Source of the DNA: Botryllus schlosseri
Taxonomy: Eukaryota
Direction of reading: 5' to 3'
DNA: 64,000 bases
NCBI GenBank assembly: GCA_051294905.1
Contig: CM119371.1
Coordinates: 36,830,001 to 36,894,000 of the forward strand
Made by a program: the position numbers and the translations under genes. Positions 13,255 through 25,788 of this stretch are shown one piece after another (within the stretch, counting starts at the first letter, position 1; every line of letters starts with the position of its first letter). A model generated the notes under the pieces. The model did no database searches. It saw nothing but the letters and a program-made list of their open reading frames with translations, and had not been told where the DNA came from.

Positions 13255-14285
13255 GGCATTGTGATTATGCAGCATACCAAATTGCGTCACACATTTACAC
13301 TTCATGATGGAATAACTGTAAAACTAACCCAGTTCTATAGCAACTTTTGCCTACATCTGTTTTCGGTAGCGTGTACATGTACATATACATAGTCAGCTTT
13401 AATAACAGAATTACCATGCTAATATGTAACTCCTCACCTTGAAACTTGGTACGTAGTTGTAGGACATTGTTATTATGCAGCATACGAAATTTTCTTACGC
13501 ATTTCATAATGGAACAACTTTAAAACTAACGCGGCTCTATATCGACATTTTGCGTGCATCTGTTTTGTGGGGGCGTATAGTACGTACCCATACATAGCCA
13601 ACTTTAATAACGGAATTACCATGCTTAACATTGAATCCCAACTCTAAACTTGATACGTAGTTGTAGGACATTATGGCAATGCACCATGCTAGATTTCATC
13701 CCACATCTAATGATGGAACACCTTTGAAACTATCGCAGTCGAATACCGACTTTTACGCATATCTGTTTTTCGTGAACACAGCATATGCCAATACATAGTC
13801 AATTTTAATAACAGAATTAGTATGCTAAACATTAAATTCTCACCTTGAACGTTGGTACGCAGTTGTAGGACATAATAAGAATGCACCATACCAAATTTCG
13901 TCAGACATTTCATGATGTAACACCTTTAAAACCAACGCAGTTCTATACAGACTTTTGGCTAAGTCTGTTTTTCCGTAGCGTATAGCACGTACCTATGCAT
14001 AGTCAACTTTAATAACGGAATTACCATGTTAATAATCGACTCCCAACCTTGAAACTCGCTACACCGTTGTAAGACATTATGACAATGCACCATGTCAAAT
14101 TTTGTTACGCATTTCATGATTGAACAACTTCAAAACTAATCCAGTTCCATGCCGACTTTTGCGGGGGCGTAGCACGTATATGCATACTCAACTTTAATAA
14201 CGGAATTACCGAGCTTAACATTGAATGCGCAACTTGAAGATTGGTTCACAGGTGTAGGACATTATGACAATGGAACATACCACTG
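13255..14285 (+). repeat. ~200-bp unit tandem array (~5 diverged copies)
   Basis: Same unit, with a period of about 200-204 bp. Confidence 0.85.
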
Positions 14286-14929
14286 CGCTAACTTTCAGAA
14301 TTGTTAAGTATAGTACTCGCACTTTGTGAGAATACCCAAGTAGCTTCTTTGCCTACATGCACCAAATACTCTCAAGTCCTTATGATATTGGAGTACATCA
14401 ACTTCATGATAGCTAGAGTATTGAACAGAAATAGACCCAGAGTACTAACGTTTTACTTACTCGGAAATGACTACTTCTACCTTATTTTAAAGGATACCTC
14501 GTTCGAAGCGAAATTTATGTGGTTTTGGATAATATCCAAGATGTAGGCTCACTTTGAAGGGTACTTCCTAAAACTCAAATATTGCGCAAAAGTACAATTA
14601 GGGATCTAAAAGTAACTAATATAGATGGGTATTTTCGTAGATTACTTACCCTCTACTCAAGAGGTTTTTCAGGTGGAACTACCTACTTTTATGACTGTGT
14701 ATGTCAAAGTAGTTTGAGCTTACGTTTATATCACCTTGACAAGTGACATTATCACACATGAAAATGATATTATCGCGTAATACCAGAAGTTAACACACGT
14801 CAATGTGTTTCGGAAGTCACTAGAAATTGGTTACTAAGAAAAGTATTTGTGTACACAATAGCGGAGAGAATATTTAAAATGTAGTAAGCAGGCCGATGGG
14901 TATTCATTGAGTTGTATAAGCATAAAAAA

Positions 14930-14999
14930 CATTCCCGCGCGCGTCTTAGGATTAGGTGGTAGGGTTAGGCAGGGTTGGGTTTAGGAGCGCGCGGGAATG
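14930..14999. other. Symmetry-axis hairpin of E1: 13-bp GC stem plus 44-nt telomere-like G-rich loop
   Basis: CATTCCCGCGCGC / GTCTTAGGATTAGGTGGTAGGGTTAGGCAGGGTTGGGTTTAGGA / GCGCGCGGGAATG. Confidence 0.85.
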
Positions 15000-17580
15000 A
15001 ACGATTAAATACATTGCGACGATGTCACTTGGCTCTTAATTGGGTTGTTTCATCTGAAAGAACTAATTTTGTCTGTTATAATACTTTATTAGACTTGTAT
15101 GGCGAGGCGTCTGGTATCGAGAAGTGAGATCGCAAGCAATCATTGAGTCAGTCGTGATGTCTGGTTGGGAGTGTCGGCCTCTTATATCCAGCAAGTGTAA
15201 TGTGCCATATTAGGCCGTAAGTATCGTAGGCCCCGCGTGAAGTGTACAAATTTCGCTGTTGCTCAAATACCACAAACTTTGCTTGCTTTCAGAGCCGGCA
15301 ACTAAATGCAAGACAGAGACTTTACCTATGATATTCCTGTAGGCCTACTTGCACAAGTTACAAACGCGGTATTAGTATATATTACTAAAATACAAACTCG
15401 GACGAAATCATGAATGCGTAGGACTTACCTTAAACATATATTGTGTATAAACAACTTTTTACAAGAACTATAAAATTCCACTCCGGGCGCTGCGGCTTAG
15501 CTCAAGCGAACAAGTATTTCGGACTTTAGGAGTCAAATTGTCTGTCTTATGGTAAATTAACATAGGGAGAATTAAACAGAAAATTTTTTAGAGTATACTC
15601 TATACTGTAGGCATCGATACATTGAGTGAAATGGGCTTCCTTAAATTAAAACGGGTATAGAATAAATCGAAACAATTTGCAAAGTCCCGTAGGCTTCAAG
15701 ACATAGCTCAGGCTGAGATCATAGCCTAATAACGAGGGCTTCGAGTGCGATGTTATAGGAAGCAAGAAGAATCGTTGTAAAAGTGTTGAAACCTAATTAC
15801 ATCTGTAATTCCGTCATTAAAGTTGACTACGCATAGGTATGCGCTAAGCTCCCGCAAAACAGTTTCACGCAAATGTCGGTATAGAACTGCGTTAGTTTTC
15901 AAGTTGTTCAATCATGAAATGCGTAACAAAATTTAACATGCTACATTGTCATAATGTCTTACAACTGCGTACCGACTTTCAAGGTGGGGAGCCGATTATT
16001 AACATGGTAATTCCGTTTTAAAGTTGACTATGTATAGGTACGTGCTGCGCTATGGATAACAGATTTAGCCAAAAGTCGGTATAGAACTGCGTTGGTTTTA
16101 AAGGTGTTACATCATGAAATGTCTGATGAAATTTGGTATGTTGTATTTTCATAATGTCCTACAACCGCGTACCGAGTTTCAGGGTGGGGATTTGATTATT
16201 AGCATGGTAATTCCGTTATTGAAGCTTACTATGTATAGGTACGTGCTACGCTAGCGAAACACAGATTTACGCAAAAGTGTATAGAGAACTGCGTTAGTTT
16301 TAAAGGTATTGCATCATGAAATTGCGATCAAATTTGGTATGATGCATTGTTATTACTTTTACTTCTATTTAACGGGTTTTCATATAAATCTGCTTACTTT
16401 TGTAACTTTGTTTTGTGAAGTAAAGAGTAGTTTACCGAATAAGTAGTTTACAAATTCCTACGATTTTTTCTTGTTGCGTTCCGGGATAACATGTAATTTT
16501 TCGCTCTTTTTTATTTTTTATTTTTTAATTAGTATTCATTTTACAAAACGTCGTGTAAAGGTAAAGTACTTGTACATTTCGTAGTGCTCAAGTATAAGTT
16601 TTTAACCTGTTAACTTGACAAAACTTTCAAGTACTACTTGAAGTGTTATAAAATGTGAAAATGTGTACAAGTAGAATTATTATTATGTCATGAATAAGTA
16701 GTTTACAAATTTATACGATTTTTCTTGTTGCGTTCCGGGGATTTGCATAAGTTTCATCTATAACGTACAATGCGTTTACGCGGTCCAGAATGACTTATGG
16801 CGATGAAAAATAGCAAAAATGGTCTATTGAGCATTGAGCACGGTTCAAGAACTATGATATTCCTGTACTTGCACTTCGAAATGGTTTACTGACCGTCGGT
16901 TCATTTAGATACCTAAGCTACTTTAAAATTAGTACTCGAGTATTTGGCTCAATTATACTATCGAGTAGTTATAGCCAGAGGGATTCGATGGTGACGTACT
17001 AGTATAATGCACATTTTGGAGAGATTAAGTAAAGCAATGATCTCGGATAAATCCGTTAAATTAAGGCAGAAGTAGCAATTTACGAAGAAAGTTAGCATTC
17101 TAGGCTTATACTTCTGTTTAATACTGAAAATGTCATGAAGTTGAAGCGAACTGAAATCATAAACACTTTAGTATTAGGTCCATATACGCGATAAGCTACT
17201 TTAGTATTCTGATGGTTTGGGATAAAATGTAATTTTTCGTGCTTTTTTATTTTTTAATAAAATCAGTATTCATTTTACAGAAACGTCGTGTAAAGGTAAA
17301 GTACTTGTACATTTCGGAGTACTCAAGTATAAGTTCTGGTTAGCTAAATTTCGATGTCATAGAAATACCACAAACTGTGCCACTTGTACTTCTTCAGAGT
17401 ACTCAATTAGGTTTTTAGCTATATGCAACAAATACTTTCGGGTGTTTTTGATATTGGACTGCTTCAACTCCATGATAATTATAGTATTAAGCAGAAATGA
17501 ACCTACAATACGAACGTTTTACTTACTCGGAAATGACTACTTTTACGTCAATTTATAAAACTTAAGTAAAGCTCACGAAA

Positions 17581-17910
17581 TCAACGATAATTTTCGTCTG
17601 TCTCTTGCGTCACGTCAACCAGTATGTACGAGAACGGTTTTCGAGTTGCCTTTTTATAAGCCTCCGTAAGGAATCCGGCTTTATCCGGGAACATTTGACG
17701 TGAAAGAAAACTGATTTGACTCGCATCGCGGGGATTTTTAAATATCACGATATAGCTCGCGCTCAAGGTCATATCCCGAAAGCCTTGACCCCTATAGAAC
17801 AAATTTTGACATATGAACACGACACTGATCTTTGCGTGATGGCTGTATCGAGTGAATAGATCTCTGGCCTCTTTCGCTTCCGTGATGTAACTTTCCTCAT
17901 TTGTATGCAT
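17581..17910 (-). pseudogene. Mirror copy of the Polinton packaging ATPase fragment
   Basis: Translation is identical to 8292-8621, in the right arm of E1. Confidence 0.85.
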
Positions 17911-20074
17911 AGCCTACGCGAAATTGGTTACCGAATTTTTTTGATTAGTTTAGATTCCGAATTTTATTTAAAACTGAAACTGTTAAGTACTACTAAAGTG
18001 TTATAAAATGTGAAAAAGTGTACAAGTAGTTATTAGTATGTCATGAATAAGTAGTTAAAATTCATACGATTTTTCTTGTTGCGTTCCAGGATAAAATGTA
18101 ATTTTTCGCTCTTTTCTTTATTTTTTAATTTTTAATAAAATAAGTATTCATTTTACAAAAAACGTCGACTTTTGAAAATGGAAAATGCGTGAGCTCGACT
18201 AACTTTTTACGTAGTTCGAAATCGCTACTTCTATGCATTAATTCAAAGTATTTGTCAGTCATCGTAACACCGCTCATATTGCGCGCTATCTATTTATTTC
18301 ACAGATAACGAATTACTCCTACTTTTATCAGAGGATACTTTTCTAGGATTTGCCTACTAACAGTACTTAGTTTAGATTAATAAAAGTATAGTGATTGAAA
18401 ATAGATCACTGGAATATAGTTTACAGAAAACTCCACAATTCTATGTGACGTCCTTGCATACCAACAACCTCCGAACTATTCGCCGCCTCATAAACACTTG
18501 AGTAGGCCTACATCTGATGCGTGAGGGGAAAACATAGGTAAATTTTCATATGCATTTAGTTTCCAACTCTGAAAGCAAGCTTAGTCTATGATCATTCGCG
18601 TACCATTAGTATTCATTTTACAAAAACGTCGTGTAAAGGTAAAGTACTTGTACATTTCGGAGTACTCAAGTATCAGTTTTGTCAGCTTATTATATGCTCA
18701 GTATATTATACGTCACAAATTGTGGAGCATTTATGTGGGTGCTCTAGGGTGCTCTTCATTGAGTGTTCGTGTTGGGTGATAAGTTTAATTTGCAAAATTA
18801 GCGCGTTCAAATCAGGCCTGTCGCCAACATAGTGATGTCGCATTAGCCCTAAATACACATAATAGAATATAAAGGAAAAGTATCACCTAACGTATAATGA
18901 ATGTTATCTATTTCTCGGAAGCAAGTTATTATCAAAACATAGTGGTCAAAATTATCGCAGAGCAATATCGATTTGCGTAAATTCCGTTATGCGTCTGACT
19001 ACGTTACTAGGGATCATGTAGTTAGTTAAGGAATTACGAGTCCTATCTTCCCAATCGCTATGGAACAACATCAAAATCATCACAAAGCAATATCGACAAA
19101 ATCTGCTTACTTTTATAACTTTATATTTTGTGAAGTAGAGAGTAGTTTAAGGTTATGTTTGTCTAACCTTAGCGAGTGCTATTGTCACACTCGATCACCA
19201 TCTTCAAATCATGGCTATCTCAATGATGTTGACTAAATTTTCGGCTTCAGAACGTGTTAATTAGACCTAATCGTTTTAACGCTGGGGTTCGCGTACAGGC
19301 ATCGATAGAGTTTGTATAAATAAAGCCCTGCGAATCGCACGCCTACGGCTATAGTTCGTTCGATTATTTTCACCTTGGGATTCGCGTATATGCTACTAAG
19401 CTGTTACGACTTTAGAAAATTCTACAAGACTATTCGGAACGCGCACATGCGAGTGATTTGTTTCCGTAGCTCCGAACTGGAGAATCGCTTGCCTGCGTCT
19501 AATGAAAATAAGTCGTAAAATGGGGAGGCTGCAGAGAGACAGTAACTTGTATACATAAAATCGAGTTTAAAAATATGGACGGATGAGTTATCTCTGAGCA
19601 ATAGAGTAATATAACCGCCTATAGTTTAGTGGGGTATTGGTATAATGTATATCCAAACAATCGTTGCAGACTCTGAATGTTACCTAGGTCCTTATCACAA
19701 AAAATCATTCATCAGAAGCGTAGGGGCTCATATTATCAAGTCGCAGCGCTCAAAATCGCATTTTATATTAAGTAATTAGTGATGATGTGTAGAATTTTGA
19801 TATTAATAATATTATCCGGAGAATATAGCCTTACATAGACATCATAGTTTTCGCATTTATGTATAATCTGAATAGGAATTTAAATACATAGTCCTAAATA
19901 CACATAATAGAAAATCTGTCGATTCTAGCCAAGGTAAGTTTTGACGCAGCAATTGTGGATGATGTAACAAGGGGTGTCCTATAGGTGCGGCAATGGGCGT
20001 CATATAGGCGTGGCAATTAGGGCGACGTGGCGAAATTTGATTGGCCTGCACGAAAAAAGGATGACAACACTACT

Positions 20075-20142
20075 CACGCACCCGTCGTTAGGGGATTTGC
20101 AGTATCCGTGATTATTTGCCTCGCAATTCGGTACGGCGGACA
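20075..20142 (-). CDS. Exon 2, 5' part (VSAVPNCEANNHGYCKSPNDGCV), interrupted by E1
   Basis: Acceptor TTTTTTCAG|TG. The frame continues up to the TSD (TGCGTG = Cys-Val). Confidence 0.8.
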
Positions 20143-20238
20143 CTGAAAAAACGAATAACAGCAAATATATATCTATATATATGCTTTTTAACCTATACTT
20201 CACGTACGCCATCATGGTTATGGCAGAAATATATTTAC

Positions 20239-20293
20239 CTTGGTTGAATACGATCGATACCACGACGAGAAAGACGAAAATCTTGGAGTTCAT
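20239..20293 (-). CDS. Exon 1 (signal peptide MNSKIFVFLVVVSIVFNQ) of a secreted six-Cys beta-defensin-like peptide gene
   Basis: ATG at 20293, hydrophobic signal peptide, phase-1 donor AAG|GTAAAT, and an upstream TATATAAAG. Confidence 0.8.
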
Positions 20294-20358
20294 GATGATC
20301 AAGCTGTCTCGACTATTTGCTGAATAGAGGTAGAATACAGACGACTGTAAGTCACCAG

Positions 20359-20367
20359 CTTTATATA
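20359..20367 (-). promoter_or_regulatory. TATA box of the defensin-like gene
   Basis: TATATAAAG about 65 nt upstream of the ATG on the same strand. Confidence 0.55.
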
Positions 20368-21655
20368 AAAATCTGCTGTATCAGAAATGGATTGGAAACA
20401 ATGCTGCTGGAAGCCACATGTGCATTGACGCAACTACACTTCTGTGTATCAACGTCTTTTTGCGATAACGAACCGATTGCAACAACACAAGAATGACTCA
20501 AAGAATTCATTGTTTTTTCTAAATTTGTAAGAACTGTATGTTCTTCTTTCCGGTAATCGGTTTGATGTTTGTGGCCAACCTATCGTGAGGTTCTCAGAAA
20601 CGTATCAAGATGACAATGTAACGCTCAATAATAATGTCTATACCCATCAGACCAAGCACCATCATATCAGTTTCGAATTACGTACTATTGCGTAAAAACC
20701 AGTAATTTTGATCCTCTATACCAGACCTGGGCAAAGTGCGGCCGCGAAGCTATTCTGTGCGGCCCGCGAAAGGTATCTTGGAATTCAAAATATAAAACTT
20801 TCTTTTAGAATGACTGAAACCATAGGCTGTATCAGAAGAACAGAGAATTCGTTTAATTTGAAGCCTGTTCATTAATATACCAGGATTACGGTGCCTACCT
20901 GACATGCGTAATCCAGATTCAGAATAACTGCAATGTGGCAAAGTATGAGTATCATATCTATCTCCCAAAAAGGATTAACGGACATGCCCCAAAAAAAAAA
21001 GCCGAAAACAGAAATTCAAAGAAGGTTTAGGTTCATAATTTAGAGCACTATATTCGTATACTGGATTCAGGGGTAAACCCGTTCTTTCAGTTTTTGCCGA
21101 GCATGTCGCCGAGACTAGGGATTTTAATTAAAGTCGGTCTTATGACAAAAACACGAAACACTCGGTCACGGGAGTGCCAAGTTCAGAAAAAAACACAACT
21201 CACCAATACCTGATAATACGAATGACTCTATTGCAGTGCTTTTCAACCTGTGTGACGGTTCGCACTTGTGCGAATGAAAAAAATTGCAGTGCGAATGACG
21301 ATGGTGGTGCGAACGGTGCGAATGAAAATCCCAGATGAGTGCAAATGAGGAAGGTGATACGAATGATGCGAATGAAAATCCCGGATGAGTGCGAATGAAA
21401 ATCGCGAATAATAATTGTTCATTTTTTTGACCTAGAATAATACAAATAAACCTAATAGGAAATTCAAGGGCAGTGTAACTTTTGTTGTTGCGACGCAATT
21501 GTAAAAACTTGTTTAACTTACGACCCACCACTAATCGTAGATTTCACAAGCCATAGTGAAAAATGACGTCAACTTGACTTCCTGCTTTCTTTCGCTAAAC
21601 AATCTTTCGTAATTATTGTTCGATTAGTGCGAGGCACGGGGATAGTAGTAAATAC

Positions 21656-22180
21656 CAGGGATGGTGTGAACGTGAGGTTCTCGTTCGCGTTCTATGTGTG
21701 AACCTCAGAAATTTAGAGGTTCACGTTCACAAACGAACCTTGACAGGTTCTGCACTGTGAAACTTTTTTCATATATTACAATTTTCACTTCAATAAAACA
21801 TATTTTGTCGAAATTAATTGCATTTCAACTGCGGGCCACTATGCATGGCAGTGGCAGCATAAAAAAATCAACACTAAACGAGCACCCACCTTGACAATCT
21901 CAAAAATTTTACTTGCTTTGTTACAAAAGTTTGGTCGAATATTTAGTGACTCTCTGCTGTGAACTTGACCCGCGATCACACAACATCAAGAGCGAAATAC
22001 TCTACCTGTGGGTAGTCAGCGAATGATGCTTATTCAACCAGTCAATGAAGTTGATATCGTTGTTTGATGTAAAAAATCTAGCAGGCGTACGGGGTCAAAC
22101 TTGATTTCACTTGTTTATTGTATCCATGCGATTGGGTTGTTGGCTGCTTCTGTATAACTTGTTAATGGGGTAATATCGGT
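21656..22180 (-). mobile_element. Partial copy of the MITE at 51943-52831
   Basis: Begins CAGGGATGGTGTGAACGTGAGGTTC, with reverse-complement homology to ~52370-52831. Confidence 0.75.
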
Positions 22181-22699
22181 AACAAGTGAAGTAACCCGTT
22201 TTACACTTTGCTCGATATCAAAGTAGCAATACTCCGCCGAATACATATTACATTGTGTGTAATATTTGTTAAATTTATTGCAAAAAATCCTGCGATAGTT
22301 TTTACAAATCTAAGGTCACGGTGTTGGATACTGAAGCCAATAAGCGAGACACGCATAAAATATGGCTTTATCATGATAAGGTTTGTGCGACCGGTAAACA
22401 TGGTCGAAGACCGTTGGGAAAAACTAGTGTAGGGACTAGGGATGTGTACCGAGCGGGTTCAGGTCTATGAGACTCATTCATTTCGAGGTCAACCTCTTCT
22501 GCGTCGGGGCACATGACGACGTAAAGTTCTGGCCAACAAACCGCCGATATAAATGCGGTGCCAAACATAAGCGCCGACAAAACCTTGGCCAAACATGACC
22601 GATGCTGGATGGCCAAACCATTCGATATTAATATGCTCCGTTGTCGACACGGAATAGTCCCGTTCTTGCAATCTGAGTAGAATGCAGTAGTACAACTGC

Positions 22700-22908
22700 G
22701 ACAATTCACCCTAATCTGAGATCGCGTTCGTCAGACATATTTTGTAGAGCTGAGTTGGATAGAATTGTGGTGTGCGCGTTCTGTATGTCATACATGTCCG
22801 TAAAATCGTAGCATATACTACTGTAATCTTAAAAATTAATTCATTTTCATGGGTGAGGCTCGGGTCGCGAGATGCCACAAAAACTCAGATTTTGGTGGTA
22901 GTCTAAAA
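22700..22908. repeat. Dispersed repeat with an inverted copy at ~63706-63910
   Basis: GAGATGCCACAAAAACTCAGATTTTGGTGGTAGTCTAAAA and its flanks match the reverse complement near 63710. Confidence 0.75.
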
Positions 22909-24183
22909 TGCTCCTTTGACGTTATTAAACTGAATTCTCAAGTTAGATTGTGCTAAAAGAGCAGAACACACAATATCGTGAGTTTATTTGCTCTTCCCAC
23001 ATACTCGCGAGACAGAAAATGTGAAATAAATAAAAAAGTTGGAGCAGCTTATCATAAGGTAGCGAGCTCTAATGTGTCTACTCTCCTTCATCGTTTGGAC
23101 CTTATTTTCTAAGACATAAGGCAAAAGCCTCAACAAAAAAGTGGGTTTCTCAACCTTTCGACATACTGCAGCCTTCTAGACCCTTTTGTCAGCTCTCAAA
23201 ATCGATTTCTTCCAGCAAGCACTTTTCACTCCTGAAAAAATACGTTGTATTTTGGATAGGTGGGCATAACAAATTTTAGGACCTGGCCATCCAAGCACTA
23301 AGAGACGTTCTTGTACAAAACCCAACAACTTGTTTGGCCGAGAAGGGTTTTAGTGAAATTGTTGAAATCAAAACTAGCGAAAATAGTAGCCTTTTTAATG
23401 AGACACTTGATAGCTTAAGATTTGTTGCAAATCTGAACAACTAAGTGTTATATTTTCATCTTCTTTTTGTGTAACAATTTTCGGTTAGTTTGTGCGAATG
23501 AAATTTATTTTAGAAAAAAAGTGCGAACGAAGCTAAAAAAGGTTGAAAAGCACTGCTAAAAATAAAAATAAGCTAAGGAATATCCGAAAAAAACATTTAT
23601 ATTTCAAAGGGAAGGGATTTCGAGAAGTAAATGGAAGGTGTCCTTACCTCAAACACCAACGCCCTGGCTGCGCGACTATTGGTATTGGTGTCTAGGACCT
23701 AGCAATTTCTACAAGAGCATCGCGCGACAGAATAATGGCATGAGGATTCATGCCAAATAGCGACACGAGCTTTCTAGTTGTTTTGCAATAAAATTATTTT
23801 TAAATGTTCAGATAGAACTAAAACTAGAACGAAACAAAACAGTGGTTAGTTGACCGCCAAGGTCAGGGGTCGCCAACTCAAAACGGGTCGAGGCCCACTT
23901 CTCAAAATTCGTAGAGGCCGCGGGCCACATGACTTCAATATCCAGATAAAAATAAGCGACGCAGTTTACCAATCATGTTTTGATGACTCTTCTTCAGTAC
24001 AACGCTGTGATTCCTAACGTGATCATCACTTCCATTCTATTTTGAACCATGAGCTGCGCACGATTCCTGACAACACTCTTCAGGAATTGAAGCAGTGGGG
24101 TGGGTATTTGTGATGAGTGGTGCTTAGCTGCTAAGGCTTTGTGCACCAGAACCGCGTTTACTGCTTATTCCTTAAACCCCTTG

Positions 24184-25788
24184 TTATATGTCTCTTCCGG
24201 TCAATATAACATAGTCGATTAACGGTTGAATCGTTCTCTGATTAACTATCAGAGAAAATACTGTATAAGGTGTTCGATACTTCTGTACGTCTCTGCTCAG
24301 ATGGGTCCGTTCTACGGAATATTTATTACAGAATAGCACGAAATGGTCCACCGTTTCCGGCACACCACATTCCGCACAGACTCCACTTTCGTGTAAGCCG
24401 AGTTTGTGCAGGTGTTTGTTTAGCCTGCAATGACCGGTGTACAATCGGGTCAAGATCGAATTCTCTCTTCGGTTTCGATTGGTTTGCTTATGAAAAGTTA
24501 CTTGGAGCGACTCCATCTCCTGATTGCCGAGTTCGAGTATTTGTTGAGTGGTATTACGTCGTATGTCCCTGTAATATTCTGCTACGATGGCTTGACATTC
24601 TTTTGCTGTAAGAGGGACCATGTTTGGATGATCGACGGGTTCCCTGGATGCTTCCTTTGCCAAATTATCGGCGGTTTCGTTATATGCAAGTCCTTTGTGT
24701 GCGGGAATCCAAACAAACGTGACTGTTGATCCTCTTGCCGATAAATGGATGGTTTGTAAGTGAATGTCCCTGATTAAGTCATTGTCTTTAGATCGGTTGT
24801 CGATTGCTTTTATTGAGCTACTACTGTCCGAGAAAATTGCTAATTGTATGTTAGGTTCGCAATTGTTACAAGCCCATGCTAGACTGTCTCTGATAGCCGT
24901 CAGCTCCGCCGTAAATATACTCACAAGTCTGTTCAGTGATTTTTTATACGAAAATTCAAAACTGGGTACATAGAATGCTGATCCACATCCTGCGTCAGTT
25001 TTCGAGCCGTCTGTATAAATAGCACAATAGTTTTTGTATCGCTCTACTATTACTTCCCTGCATTCGATATTCATAGCTTGGGGATTATTGAGTTCGCGTA
25101 ATTTCATTTCTAGATCAAGGTCACAAGTGCTATTTACCGACGTCCAAGGGGGAATTTGTGAATATTGTATGCATTCTATTGCTATGTCCTTTAAGCACCC
25201 AACCTTTGAAACCATATTAAAGGTTTCAAATTGTATAGAGTCTGGAAATATTTCGTGCCAAGAGTCCTGGACGATCGAAGTACAGGGGTGATCTCTTTGT
25301 GATCTTATGATACACCGGTAATTTGCACACGCCTGTTTGTAACGCATTTCTACGGGCGGCTCGTTGCAAAGAAATTGTAGTGCATGTATCGGAGTGCTCC
25401 TCATTGCTCCGCTGCAGAGTCTCAACGCGTTATTTTGTAGCGTCTGAAGTCCTTTGGAGACATATTTCGGTGAAGCGAAATATGCTTCGATGCCATATTC
25501 GATGATCGAGCGTATCAGTGCCCTATACAGTACTAACATGCATTCTTTGGAGGCCCCCCATGTAGTTCCACTCAGACAACGAAGAATATTCATCCTGGAT
25601 GTGCATTTTTTGACCACAGATTGTAGGTGTGGTTTATATGAGAGTCTCGAATCAAATATTATGCCGAGATATGTGTATTCTTTTAGGAAGGGTATGGGAT
25701 CACTTCCAGACAAAATCTCAAGGGAAGGTAACTTGCGACGTCTCGTGAACAAAATGGCGGCAGATTTTGCGCTATTTATCTTCATGCC
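24184..25788 (-). pseudogene. LINE ORF2 C-terminal part: RT thumb, RNase H and Zn knuckle
   Basis: Motifs YLGIIFD, IYTDGSK, FTAELTAI, SDSSS, WIPAHKGLAYNETADNLAK and CAECGVPETVDHFVLFC. Same frame as the RT across the single stop (WCLK*GMKIN). Confidence 0.95.

Larger units (their letters stand above)
6086..20074. mobile_element. Non-autonomous Polinton/Maverick-derived palindromic element E1 (13,989 bp)
   Basis: Starts AGTAGTGTTGTCATCC and ends GGATGACAACACTACT. Flanked by the perfect 6-bp TSD CACGCA (6080-6085, 20075-20080). Left arm 6086-12533 mirrors 14999-20074, apart from a hAT insert and a 42-bp duplication. Carries a Polinton ATPase fragment in both arms. Confidence 0.92.
21234..23555. 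mobile_element. hAT-type element with nested fragments
   Basis: Perfect 15-bp TIR CAGTGCTTTTCAACC / GGTTGAAAAGCACTG and GTGCGAATGA subterminal repeats at both ends. No matching TSD. Confidence 0.6.

Noticed and set aside
13295..13913. Repeated ~68-aa MKC..KF ORFs (also 33162-33570 and 35271-35679) as a protein family
   Set aside because: They are translations of the ~200-bp tandem unit. Unit lengths are not consistently multiples of three and frames shift.
14943..14986. True telomere or chromosome fusion site
   Set aside because: It is only about 40 nt, degenerate, single-orientation, and carried inside a TSD-flanked mobile element.
6086..20074. Autonomous Polinton or Foldback/Mutator element
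   Set aside because: There are no pPolB, integrase, protease or capsid ORFs. The TSD is 6 bp rather than 9 bp, and the termini are Polinton-type.
20000..20302. 100-aa ORF as a real protein
   Set aside because: It is a read-through of exon 1, a 96-nt intron, half of exon 2 and the E1 terminus.
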